Source: an uncultured Phycisphaerales bacterium (GTDB lineage Bacteria; Planctomycetota; Phycisphaerae; Tepidisphaerales; Tepidisphaeraceae). From it: a DNA stretch of 64,000 nt. Location: the NCBI GenBank assembly GCA_963844715.1, contig CAWJPJ010000008.1, positions 384,001 to 448,000 of the forward strand, read 5' to 3'. A program made the position numbers and the translations under genes. The notes under the pieces were generated by a model. The model saw nothing but the letters and a program-made list of their open reading frames with translations, searched no databases and had not been told where the DNA came from. This document shows, piece by piece, positions 31,990 through 42,183 of the stretch (position 1 is its first letter; every line of letters starts with the position of its first letter).

Positions 31990-32238
31990 GTGGCTCAAGC
32001 CCCTGATCAATCCGGCAAGCAAAATCGTAGCGAAGAAGATGAAGACCGTGAACGCATGGAGGGAAACGAAAAGGACGATCGCTCCCAAGGCGAACAGCGC
32101 CAGCAAGGATCGTCCGGCAGCCAGCCCCAACGCGGTAGTTCTTCCGGCCAGCAAAATCAGCCCGGCCAGCAGAGCCGCCAGGGCCAGCAAGGCCAGGGCC
32201 AGCATGGTCAGGGCCAGCATGGCCAGCGCAACCAATAA
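31990..32238 (+). CDS. small Gln/Gly/Ser-rich hydrophilic protein
   Basis: GAAAGGAA RBS, GTG start, low-complexity QGQHG repeats; hairpin follows at about 32261-32298. Confidence 0.6.
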   Translation: MAQAPDQSGKQNRSEEDEDRERMEGNEKDDRSQGEQRQQGSSGSQPQRGSSSGQQNQPGQQSRQGQQGQGQHGQGQHGQRNQ

Positions 32239-32340
32239 GTCGGGCGATTATCACAACGCGAGAGCCGGGGCCGGTGATGTTTGCCGGCCCCGGGCTCTGG
32301 CGTCGAGTTTTTTCCAACGGTCTTTCTTCGCGGCGACTTT

Positions 32341-33159
32341 TTACGCCGATCGTCGATGCCGGCTCCCATTGTGGCTGCCGTTCCCCGCCACCAGCGATTT
32401 TTTCAGCGCCTCCATTAAATTGATCGTCCGCCCCTGCGGCCGCTCCGGCTCTTCCGGCGCTGTGGTAATTTCCTTCCCGCGGACTTTCGCGTCGATCAGC
32501 GCTTGAAGTTTTTTTCGGAATTCGTCCTTGAACTCCGTCAGGTCGAGCTTCGCCGTCATCGACTTGATCAGTTCTCCGGCCATCCGCAGTTCCCCCGCGG
32601 AAATCTTGATCCGTTTCAGCGAGTTGCCGATCTCCTCGTCCATCCTGTCCACTTCATCGGAGTAATGCAGCGTGTGCAGCACCAGCCCTTCTTCCTTGAC
32701 TCGGATCGCCGTCAAATATTGCCTTTCGCGCATCACGAAACGCGCCAGCGCCGTTTTCCCGCTGGCGCTCATCGCCTCCGTCAATAGCTTGTAAGGTTTT
32801 TTCGAGTCCTTGGTCGGATTCAGATAATAAACCCGATCGTAGTAGATCGGATCAATCGCGTCCGCCCCTACAAACTCCACAATTTCCAGCGTCCGTCCGC
32901 GTTCCGGTCTCAGTCGGTTAATTTCCTTCTGATCGACCAGCACATAATCCTCCGGCCCGATCTCCACTCCCTTGGCCGTCTGATTGAAATCGTATTCTTT
33001 CCCCGTCTCCGGGCAGACCAGTTTGCGCCGAAGCCGGCACGTGCCGTCCTTGGTGAGCATATGAAAATGAATCGCGTGCTCATGCACCGCGATGTTCATC
33101 TCAACCGGAACGCTCACCAATCCGAAGCTGATCGAACCTGTCCAAATGGGCCTGGCCAT
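32341..33159 (-). CDS. ku: Ku protein (NHEJ)
   Basis: MARPIWTGSISFGLVSVPV, IDPIYYDRVYYL, INLMEALKKSL. Confidence 0.95.
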   Translation of the reverse strand: MARPIWTGSISFGLVSVPVEMNIAVHEHAIHFHMLTKDGTCRLRRKLVCPETGKEYDFNQTAKGVEIGPEDYVLVDQKEINRLRPERGRTLEIVEFVGADAIDPIYYDRVYYLNPTKDSKKPYKLLTEAMSASGKTALARFVMRERQYLTAIRVKEEGLVLHTLHYSDEVDRMDEEIGNSLKRIKISAGELRMAGELIKSMTAKLDLTEFKDEFRKKLQALIDAKVRGKEITTAPEEPERPQGRTINLMEALKKSLVAGNGSHNGSRHRRSA

Positions 33160-33177
33160 GATCGAATCTCCTCAAGA

Positions 33178-35679
33178 TCATTCTTTGACAACCCGCCGCA
33201 AATCGACCCGCGATTTTTCGAAATCCGCCCACGGGTCTTTCTTTCGCCGATCCAGATATCCCGGCGCCGATTCAACCGTGAATTGCGCGGATGATTTCAC
33301 TCGTCCCAGTTCTTCCCAGGTGATCGGCATCGAAACCGGCGCATCCGCCCGGGCCCGGCTGGAATAGGGAGCAACGGCGGTCGCCGTCCGTCCGTTGCGG
33401 TTGTAATCCACGTAAACCTTCCCGGGCCGAAGATCCTTCCGCATATTCGCCACGAAGCGGTCCGATTTTTCGGCCAGGGAATTGGCGATGGTTTTGCAAA
33501 AGCTTTTCGCCGCGTCCCATCCGATATTCGGCTCGATCGGAATCGTCACATGCAGCCCCTTCCCGCCGGAGGTCTTCAGGAACGTCGGCAGTTTCAGCGA
33601 ATCGAGCGTTTCTTTCACCGCCCGCGCAGGATTCCACAATTTGCTTCCATGCTACGCCCGGCCCGGGATCGAGATCGAAGATCAGTTGATCCGGATGTTC
33701 CAGGTCCTTGTTCGTGCAGTTCCACGTGTGAATTTCCAAGACACCCATCTGCACCAGGGAGATCGCGCCGGCCAGATCGCTTACCGTGACGTGAAATTCC
33801 TTCTTCCCCTGTCTGACATCCACCTTGCCGACAGGTTTGGGGAGAGTCTCCGACCAGTTTCGTTGGAAGAAACATTTAGCGGAGATCCCCTCCGGGCATC
33901 GGACTAATGCGAGCGGACGATTGACGACATGGGGGAGCATCCACTCGTGCACGGCTTGGTAATACTCCGCCACATCCCGCTTGGTCGTCTTGGCCGGACC
34001 ATAGAAATTCTTGTCGGGATGCGTCAGCCGGACGCCCGCGATAGTCGTCTCGCCGGCATCTTCTGCTTTCTTCACGGCTATTCCTTCCGCTTTCATCTTA
34101 CGCGGCTTGACCGGTATTTCCCGGACAATCTCGGCGGCGGCCTTGTCGGTGCGGAACGCGACAAACACCGGATGCCGAAGCATCCCATCGCGTGTCCAGC
34201 CGGTGAATTTCACTTCTCCGACGAGCTGCGGTTTCACCCAATGTGCCCCCCGGCGCTCGCGGGCGGGCGGCGGCAAATCCGTCGGCGCGGACGGCGTCGC
34301 CAGCCCGCGCAGTCGCTTTTCGCTGCTCGTCAGCAGTTTGTCGTTGAACCCCGTGCCGACGCGCCCCGCGTAAACCAGGCGTCCCTGTGTGTCGTGATAT
34401 CCCAGAAGCAGCGATCCGAACCCTTTGCGCCGCCCCTGCGGATCGCTAAAGCCGATGATCACGAATTCCTGTCTTTGCCCGCATTTGCTTTTGATCCACG
34501 TCCCCTCGCGCCGGGAGACGTAAGTTGAATCGGCTTGTTTGGAGACAATTCCCTCCAGCCCCATGGCGCAGGCCTTGTCCACAACTTTTTCCCCGCTCCC
34601 CGGGACATGTTCGCTGAAATTGATGCGCGAGCCCAAGTCGCTTGCCTCGATGATCTTTTGCAAAAGTTTCTTTCGCTCGATCAGGGGCGAGCCGCGCAGA
34701 TCAAACCCGTCGCAAAACGGGAGATCGAAAGCGTAGTAGACGGGATTGGCCCCGGCCGGATCCTTCATCGATTCCTGCAAAGCCTGGAAATCGCTCCGCC
34801 CCTGATTGTCGAGGACGACCGCTTCCCCGTCGAGAATGGCCGAATCGACTTTCAGTTTGGCCAGCGCCCTGGCGATCCCCGGGAATTTAGCGGTCCAGTC
34901 CTTGAAGTGGCTGGTCATGAGTTGAACCTTGCCCGAATTGATCCGCGCGAGAATTCGGTACCCGTCGAATTTGATTTCGTGGACCCACGCCTCCCCGGCG
35001 GGGGGCGACTCCCCCAGAACAGCGAGCTGCGGAGACAGCTTCGCAGGCAGCGCCGCCTTCACCGCACCCGGAATGCGCGCGACCTCTTTTGCCTCATCGC
35101 TCCACACGTCGTCGCGCGCTCCGGCGATTTCCTCCATCGACCGCTTCGTGCTGACGCTTTCCGGCTCATCGCGCAAGACGTCGTCGTTGCCGGCGGCGTA
35201 TTTGTCCTTGATCTTCATGAGCAGCCAATTTTCCCGCCCGCACCCGCTTGTCCGTGCATTTGCACCAAGGCCCACTCGCCATGCAGTTTTTCACCGTTGA
35301 GAATGAAATGAAGCTTTCCCTGCGCCAAGCCCTCATGGGGATCGGACAGCGGCTCCCAAGTTCCGCGGTCCCAGAGCAGGACTGTCCCGCCGCCGTATTC
35401 GCCTTTGGGGATAACGCCTTCAAAGCCGCCGTATTCCAGAGGATGGTCTTCGACCTGCACGGCCAGCGATTTTCGCGACGGATCAAGCGAGGGCCCTTTC
35501 GGCACGGCCCAGCTCTTGAGCACCCCGTCGAGTTCCAGCCGAAAGTCGTAATGCAGCCGCGTCGCGTCGTGTTTCTGAATGACGTATTCCAGTGTCTTCG
35601 ATGTTTTGCCCCCCGCGCCGCCGCGCGGCTCCGGCGTCCGGTTGAAATGGCGTTTTTTTCGATATGTAGAAAGCGTCAT
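33178..35679 (-). CDS. ligD: DNA ligase D, phosphoesterase-ligase-polymerase (frameshifts near 35255 and 33630)
   Basis: QKHDATRLHYDFRLE, EIKFDGYR, EGIVSK, DLDPG, KTSGGKGLH, APYS. Confidence 0.93.
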
Positions 35680-35843
35680 GGGGCCACCAATTCGCGAGCA
35701 TATTTCAGCCTCAACGATTCGACAACGACATAAACGGCATGGGCCCAGAACGCCGGCGGACAATTCGGCGGTATTGCCGGTGGTCTTGGACCTTTTGTCA
35801 TGGCTTTCACTTTGTTTGCATGTTTCATCCCTTTTATCGCTTT

Positions 35844-35859
35844 CGGCATCCTGTTTGCC
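35844..35859 (+). promoter_or_regulatory. sigma54-type -24/-12 promoter for DUF1328
   Basis: CGGCATCCTGTTTGCC has GG-N10-GC spacing and lies about 35 bp before the ATG. Confidence 0.55.
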
Positions 35860-35892
35860 TTATCCCCTGTGGTTCTTGAAAGGAGCCTGCTC

Positions 35893-36081
35893 ATGCTTCG
35901 CTGGAGCCTGGTATTTCTCATCGTGGCGATCATCGCGGCGATTTTCGGTTTCGGAAACATCGCCGCCAACGCAACCGATATCGCGCGGATTCTGTTCCTC
36001 GTTTTTCTAGTGTTGTTTGTGCTCAGTCTGCTGTTCGGACTGATCACCGGACGCCGTCCCCCGATGGGACCGCCGATATAG
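35893..36081 (+). CDS. DUF1328 (UPF0391) small membrane protein
   Basis: [37 protein letters not shown]. Confidence 0.9.
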   Translation: MLRWSLVFLIVAIIAAIFGFGNIAANATDIARILFLVFLVLFVLSLLFGLITGRRPPMGPPI

Positions 36082-36090
36082 GTGCGATGA

Positions 36091-36489
36091 ATGCGCCATA
36101 AGGCGCACAGGTCGAGCGATCAACCCGGCGCCGACATCGATGAGGTGTATTGGCGAAAAGTGATTCTGCACAAGAGTCACTACGATCCGGAGATCGGATT
36201 CGACCGCTATCGCTGGGCCTTGCGTTACGGCCAGATGGAGCGAAGGCGCCGCGGAGAGAATGTGAAACTCGATCAGGTTCTCTCCGATCTGGCCGAGGGT
36301 TGGAAAGATTTTGGAGGCCCCAGCCGCTTGACCTGGGAACAGGCGCGCGCCGCGGTGGCGGATTCGTGGAATAACACCGAGACGCTCGTGGCCGAGTCGA
36401 TTGCCAATCAGGGAGGATTCAAATCTTCGCCGACGTTTACGGAGCATGGATCGCGCGTGCCGCGGAATATCGACGAGCCGAACGCGTAG
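36091..36489 (+). CDS. conserved hypothetical protein
   Basis: ALRYG..W..SRLTWEQARAAVADSW motif; follows DUF1328. Confidence 0.6.
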   Translation: MRHKAHRSSDQPGADIDEVYWRKVILHKSHYDPEIGFDRYRWALRYGQMERRRRGENVKLDQVLSDLAEGWKDFGGPSRLTWEQARAAVADSWNNTETLVAESIANQGGFKSSPTFTEHGSRVPRNIDEPNA

Positions 36490-36616
36490 GAGTAACGCGA
36501 AGACGGGACATTTATCGAGCGGCCGCCCTGAGTGAGTGGCTGCGGGCGGTTTGCCGACTCTAAAGCTCCAGGCAGATCGCCCATTCTTCGGAGCCGCTTC
36601 TTGAAGGAGTTGTCTT

Positions 36617-36988
36617 ATGCGTTATGCACTTTTTCTTTTCCTGGCGATGGTTGGGGGATTCGTGTTTTTGAATCTCAACGCCTGCTCGACCAGCCAGCCT
36701 GGCGCAACCGATACGCTCGGCACATACAGCTCGAACGTCGCCGCCGCGCCGGACAAGGTCACCGACGCCGCGCACAAAGCATGCAATGATCTGAATCTTC
36801 AGAACATCAATGCCACCGGAACCAGTGTTGACGGCAAGGTGACCGCCCAAACGGCCGAGGGCCAGGACGTTAACATCACGATCGCCCAGGCGGGCGACAA
36901 CGTGAGCAAAGTGTCCATCCGCGTCGGCGCCACCGGCGACGAGCAGATCAGCAGGCAACTGATGGATAAGATCCAGGACCATCTGTAA
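36617..36988 (+). CDS. DUF3568-like lipoprotein
   Basis: Lipobox LNAC; SIRVGATGDE..S; GAAGGAG RBS. Confidence 0.8.
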   Translation: MRYALFLFLAMVGGFVFLNLNACSTSQPGATDTLGTYSSNVAAAPDKVTDAAHKACNDLNLQNINATGTSVDGKVTAQTAEGQDVNITIAQAGDNVSKVSIRVGATGDEQISRQLMDKIQDHL

Positions 36989-37117
36989 GAGCTTACTTAC
37001 CCCTTACGTGCGCCATACTCTCCGCTTGCCGAAGACCCAGTTATTGTGACTGGGCCTTCGGCTTTTCGCGCGATATTTGACGTTGCCGCCTGGGTGGCGC
37101 CGGGGTATTTTAAAATC

Positions 37118-38266
37118 ATGTTTGGCCGCTCCTATCGGCTTCCCATCCGCCTTCTGGGCATTCCGCTCTACGTCGATCTCTCCTTCCTCATCGTCCTGCC
37201 GCTCCTGGCATGGATCATCGGGAGCCAGGTTGGCTATTTCGCCAAAATGTTCTCGATCCCGATGTCCCCGGCCCTCACGTCGGGGGCGATGCCCTATGTT
37301 TTGGGTTTGGTGGCCGCGGCAGGGCTCTTCGTGAGCGTCGTCATACACGAACTGGGACATGCCGTGACCGCGCCGGGTATGGGGTCAACGTGCGGCGGAT
37401 CACGCTTTGGTTTCTGGGCGGGGTGGCGCAATTTGAGGATATCCCGCGTCAGCCGGGCGCCGAAGCCGTGATCGCCATTGTCGGGCCCATCGTCAGTTTC
37501 GTGCTGGGAATTTTGTGCTGGCTCGGCCTCCGCGCAACGCCGGAAAATTTGGTGTCGCTACGATTCGTTCTGGCTTACCTCTGTTACATGAATATTGTGG
37601 TGGCGGTCTTCAATCTGATTCCCGCGCTTCCCATGGACGGCGGGCGCGTCCTGCGGTCGCTGCTGGCCCTGGCGATGCCGCATCCGGACGCCACGCGCGC
37701 CGCCGCCGCAATCAGCAAAGGTCTTGCCCTGCTGATGGGCCTGTTCGGTTTGTTCAGCCTCAATTTCTTTTTGCTCCTGATCGCGGTTTTCATCTACATG
37801 GCCGTCAGCGCTGAGAACGCGCACCACCCAGCTTGAGGATCTTCTGGGCGGAACTCTGGTGCGCGATTTGATCAGCGCGGATGTGCATACGGTGCCGGCC
37901 GATCTTCCCGTCGCCGATTTGCCCCAGCGCGTTCTGCACGAGCATCACCTGGGCTTTCCCGTCACGGATCAGGCGGGAAATGTCCTGGGTCTGGTCACGC
38001 TTGAGGATGCCCAGGGAAAAGACCCCCGGCTGCCCGTGAGGGACGTGATGAAATCGAATGCGCCGACGTTGCCCGAGCAGGCGACTGCCGTCGAAGCGCT
38101 TCACCTCATGAGCCGCAGCGGGTCAGGGAGAGTGATCGCCACGCAAACCGGCGGAAGGATGAGCGGCATCATCACCATGGCGGACCTCATGCGCCTGATC
38201 CAGGCTCGCCTGGCCGGGTGGGCTCCCGCCTCCAGGCCGACCAGCGCCAAGCCTAAGTTGAAATGA
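37118..38266 (+). CDS. site-2 protease (M50) with CBS pair (frameshifts near 37372 and 37825)
   Basis: HELGH, NLIPALPMDGGRVL, CBS motifs GFPV..GLVT and GIITMADL. Confidence 0.88.
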
Positions 38267-38300
38267 GACGACCCGCCCCCGAGGCAGCAATCAATCCACC

Positions 38301-38338
38301 AAAAAACCAAGCCGGCGGAGTAAAAACCCCGCCGGCTT
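38301..38338 (-). terminator. intrinsic terminator between convergent genes
   Basis: AAGCCGGCGG/CCGCCGGCTT stem with a T-tract on the minus strand. Confidence 0.65.
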
Positions 38339-38366
38339 AGGGAATCAAAGGACAAAACCCGCGCGG

Positions 38367-38750
38367 TCAGAACCAGGAGGACAAATTGCTCCTGATCTGA
38401 TCGACAATTTCCTTGCTGATCGCCGGGTCGCCGGTTGCGCCGACTCGCACCGTCACGCTGCTCTGGTCCTGGCCGGCCTGGGCAATCTCGATGTTCACAT
38501 CTTCGCCCTGGGCGGTCTTGGCGGTGACTTTTCCGTCCACCTTCGTCGAGTTTGAACTGACGTTGATGAGCTTCAAATCCTGGCACGCCTTGTCGGCTGC
38601 ATTGGTCACCTTATCGGGCGAGGCATTCACATTCGTGCTGTAGTTGCCCAGCGCATCGGTCGCGCCCGGCTGCGTCGTGGTGCAACTCGTGGAGGTGAGC
38701 AGCAGCAGCGCTGCCGCAAAAAGCACGATCAGAAAAATGAGAGCTTTCAT
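38367..38750 (-). CDS. DUF3568-like lipoprotein, paralog of 36617-36988
   Basis: Lipobox STSC; shares QPGATD, PDKVT, VDGKVTA, IAQAG and RVGATGD. Confidence 0.8.
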   Translation of the reverse strand: MKALIFLIVLFAAALLLLTSTSCTTTQPGATDALGNYSTNVNASPDKVTNAADKACQDLKLINVSSNSTKVDGKVTAKTAQGEDVNIEIAQAGQDQSSVTVRVGATGDPAISKEIVDQIRSNLSSWF

Positions 38751-38999
38751 AGAGCCGCTCCTTTCGTAAAAATGAACTCGCTCGGGGCCCCATTCATAAA
38801 TCGTTCTCTTTTCAAAGCAGTTTTCATCAGCAGCTTTTCCTCACGTGATTATCTCCCATAATCGCGATTTTCGGGGATCGGGAATTCCCCGACTTTGGAA
38901 TGAAATATTCCCCGGTGTGTGAAAAAATTAACAGGTCATTTTTACTTGATTCGGCGCGGGCTTTGCTCTGCATACCTGTAGATTACAAGAGGGAGACGT

Positions 39000-39374
39000 A
39001 TGGCAAAGATTCTGCTCATTGACGATCATCACGATTCACGTGACATTGTCGGCCGAATTCTCGTGATGCACGGTCATCGCGTGGAAATGGCTGACTCCGC
39101 CGAGGAAGCCTTGCGAATCATTTCACAATCGCTGCCCGATCTTCTCGTGGCGGACAATCGCCTGCCGGGAATGTCCGGCCTGGAACTCCTTAGCCAAATC
39201 CGCCAAAGTCCGCAAACCGCCTCGCTCCCCGTGATCATTTGCAGCGGCGACAAAACCGAACGCGAGACCGCCATGGAGGAAGGCGCCGCCGATTTCTGGA
39301 TCAAAGGTTCGGAAGAAATGTTCGATAAAATTGCGAAGTTGGATTACAACTATACGCGCAAAAAGAATCCGTAG
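39000..39374 (+). CDS. single-domain response regulator (receiver)
   Basis: ILLIDD, DNRLPGMSG, PVIICSG, GAADFWIK. Confidence 0.9.
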   Translation: MAKILLIDDHHDSRDIVGRILVMHGHRVEMADSAEEALRIISQSLPDLLVADNRLPGMSGLELLSQIRQSPQTASLPVIICSGDKTERETAMEEGAADFWIKGSEEMFDKIAKLDYNYTRKKNP

Positions 39375-39618
39375 AAAAAAAGCCGACGCAATTCATTGAT
39401 CGCCATTCACATTATCGCCCGGCAAGCCGCGCCGCCTTCCTGGGCCAATCCCCTCGAGTCGTCCATCGTTTTTTTTTCAATAAGCCGCTGTCGACGCGGT
39501 GTTCGTTCGCGACCGTATGCTCCTGGTGTCGTTTGCAAGGCTCCCGCTTTGGATAACCGAAGTCTCTCGGTATGATTGGGAGACCTGTCGTCTGAGGCAA
39601 AAGCGAGGAACCGGCGCC

Positions 39619-40026
39619 ATGGCTGAAAACGATCCAAATTCGGGAAATGTGAACTACGCATCCCCAGGCACTCCGCAGGGAGGATACCCCGCCCCCTACG
39701 CCGGTCCGCCCGCCGACAAAGATGCAATCACCATGGCCCTTCTTTCCCACCTGCTGGGAATCTTCACGGGGTTTATCGTTCCACTGATCATCTGGCTCCT
39801 CAAAAAAGACGCCAACCCATTCGTCGAAGATCAATCCAAGGAGGCGCTGAACTTCCAGATCTCGCGATTGCTGGCGACGGCCGTCTGCTTCGTCGGCTTC
39901 TGCATGGCCCCGATCCTGATCGCGACCGTTCAGGTCACCTGCCTGGTCTTCTCGATCATCGCGACCATCCAATCCAGCAAGGGGGTGGCGTATCGGTATC
40001 CTCTTTGCCTGCGGCTGGTGAAGTAA
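39619..40026 (+). CDS. DUF4870 membrane protein
   Basis: ALLSHL, PLIIWL, KEALNFQI, YRYPL. Confidence 0.85.
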   Translation: MAENDPNSGNVNYASPGTPQGGYPAPYAGPPADKDAITMALLSHLLGIFTGFIVPLIIWLLKKDANPFVEDQSKEALNFQISRLLATAVCFVGFCMAPILIATVQVTCLVFSIIATIQSSKGVAYRYPLCLRLVK

Positions 40027-40049
40027 CCACCGGTTGCCAAAGAGGTTCT

Positions 40050-40122
40050 GCAGCGATGGCTCAATTGGCACGGCACTGGTTTTGCAAACCGGCGGTTACC
40101 AGTTCAGCTCTGGATCGCGGCA
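40050..40122 (+). pseudogene. degenerate full-length copy of tRNA-Thr(TGT); anticodon now TGC
   Basis: 64/73 identical to 27638-27710; mismatches break pairs in the acceptor, D and T stems and alter the T-loop. Confidence 0.85.
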
Positions 40123-40169
40123 CTTTCGTCCAGTCCCGCGCTCCGATATGCTGCCATCGGTAACCACCC

Positions 40170-42138
40170 ATGGCCGCAGAATCGACCGACCAACTCATCG
40201 AATCCGCCTACGCCTTCCACGATGCCGGCCAGCTCGACCGCGCCGAGAAGATGTACCGCGAAATCCTCGACGCCCACCCGGATGAACCCGACGCCATGCA
40301 GCTCCTCGGCGTCCTCTACCTGCAGCAAGGCCGGCGCGACAAAGCCAAGGCAATGCTCCTGCGCTGCGCCGAGGTGGACCCCGAAGCGCCGGATTGTCAC
40401 TATCATCTTGGCCTCATCGCCGCCGAAACCGGGAACCACGAAGAAGCGGCCCGCGAATTCGAGCTGGCAGGCCGCCTCCGCGGCGACTTCCCCGAGGCAT
40501 TCGAGCAGCTGGGCCGTTCCTTGCAAAAACTGGGCAAATGGACCGACGCCGCCGAAGCCCATCGCCGCGCCATTCTTCTGTGCCCCAGCGCCAGCGAGGA
40601 ATATCTCCAGCTGGCCACCTCGCTTCACCGCGCGGGCCAGCTTCAGGAAGCCGTCTCCACTTTCCAAAGGGTTCTCGATATCGACCCCGCTCGTACACCG
40701 CGTCCTACGCCCTGGGCTATATTCTTCGCCAGCTCGATTGCTGGGACGATTCCATCGCTGCCTATCGCAAGGCGCTGGAATTGCGCTGGGGCGACGTTCC
40801 CACCTGCAACAATCTCGCCGCCGCGCTCAAAGACACCGGGCAACTCGACGAGGCGATCCAATCTTTCGATCAGGCGATCGCCACCGAGCCCGCCAACGCC
40901 GCGATCGCGAGCAATCGCCTCTTCGTGCTGCATTTTCATCCCGCCTACGAGGCCGCCGATCTTCTCAAAGAGCATCTCTACTGGAACGAAAAACACGCCC
41001 GCCCTCTCGCCGAGACGATCCGCCCGCACGCCAACGACCGCTCCCCCGACCGCCGCCTGAAAATCGGCTACGTCTCCGGCGATTTCCGCCAGCATCCCGT
41101 GGGCCAGGCGATCGAGCCGCTGATCGACAACCACGACCGCGAAAAATTCGAGGTCTTCTGCTTCAGCAATTCGTCCGCGGAGGACGCCGTCACCAAGCGG
41201 ATTTCCGCGGCCGCGGATCATTGGGAAGTCGTCGCCGGGTGGACCGACGAAAAAGTCGCCGACACCATCCGTGAGCGCGGAATCGACATCCTGGTCGATC
41301 TGTCCCTGCACATGGGCTTAAACCGCATGCTCACCTTTGCGCGAAAGCCGGCGCCCGTGCAGGTAACGTACCTTGGCTATCCCGGCACCACGGGCCTGAG
41401 CACGATGGACTACCGCATCAGCGACCCCTGGCTCGACCCACCGGGAACCGACGATTTTTACACCGAGAAAACCATCCGTCTTCCGCACCTATCTCTGCTG
41501 GCGCTGGAACGGCGACCAAGAACCGCTGGACGATCCCCCCGTCGTACACCGTCGCCAGATCACCTTCGGCAGCCTCAATAATTTCTGCAAAGTCACCCCC
41601 GAAGTGTTGCACACGTGGGGCGAGCTGCTCGCAAACGTGCCCGGCTCGCGGCTCATCGTGCCGCGCCCCGGCGGGCGAAACCGGGCGCAGAATCCGCGGC
41701 ATCATGTCCGGGTACGGCGTCGCCGACGATCGCATCGTTTTGACCAATCGCCTGCCCTGGGACGAATACGTTCGACTTTGCCGGCAGCTCGACATCTCCC
41801 TCGACCCATTCCCCTATCCCGGCCATACAACCAGCCTCGATGCCCTGTGGATGGGCGTTCCGGTCGTAACCCTGTCGGGCCGCACTGCCGCCAGCCGCGG
41901 CGGAGCGAGCATCCTGCAAAACCTCGGCCTGCCCGAACTGATCGCGAACAACGAGCGACAGTACATCGAGATCGCCGCCAACCTCGCCGCCGATGTCCCG
42001 CGCTTAAAGGAATTGCGAAAAACGCTCCGAGATCGCATCCGCAATTCCGCTCTCATGGACGAGAAAACATTCGCCAGGGACATCGAGTCGGCCTATCGCC
42101 GGATTTGGCAAGACTACTGCGCCAAAGCACCCCAATGA
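40170..42138 (+). CDS. TPR plus O-GlcNAc transferase (GT41/SPINDLY-like), several frameshifts
   Basis: TPR repeats; LKIGYVSGDFRQHPV, DILVDL, KPAPVQVTYLGYPGTTG, LDPFPY, LWMGVPVV. Confidence 0.88.
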
Positions 42139-42183
42139 CATTTCTGTTGTGAGCCGCCCGGAGCACGCTTAGAATCCGCCTCC

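Noticed and set aside
32160..32230. Short GGCCAGCA-type tandem repeats
   Set aside because: Explained by Gln/Gly codons of the small protein; not an independent array.
33178..35679. Programmed frameshifting or a naturally split ligD
   Set aside because: No slippery-site pattern was evident, and the same kind of break occurs throughout the window.
40050..40122. Functional tRNA-Ala(TGC)
   Set aside because: The body is tRNA-Thr, it lacks G3:U70, and several stems are broken.
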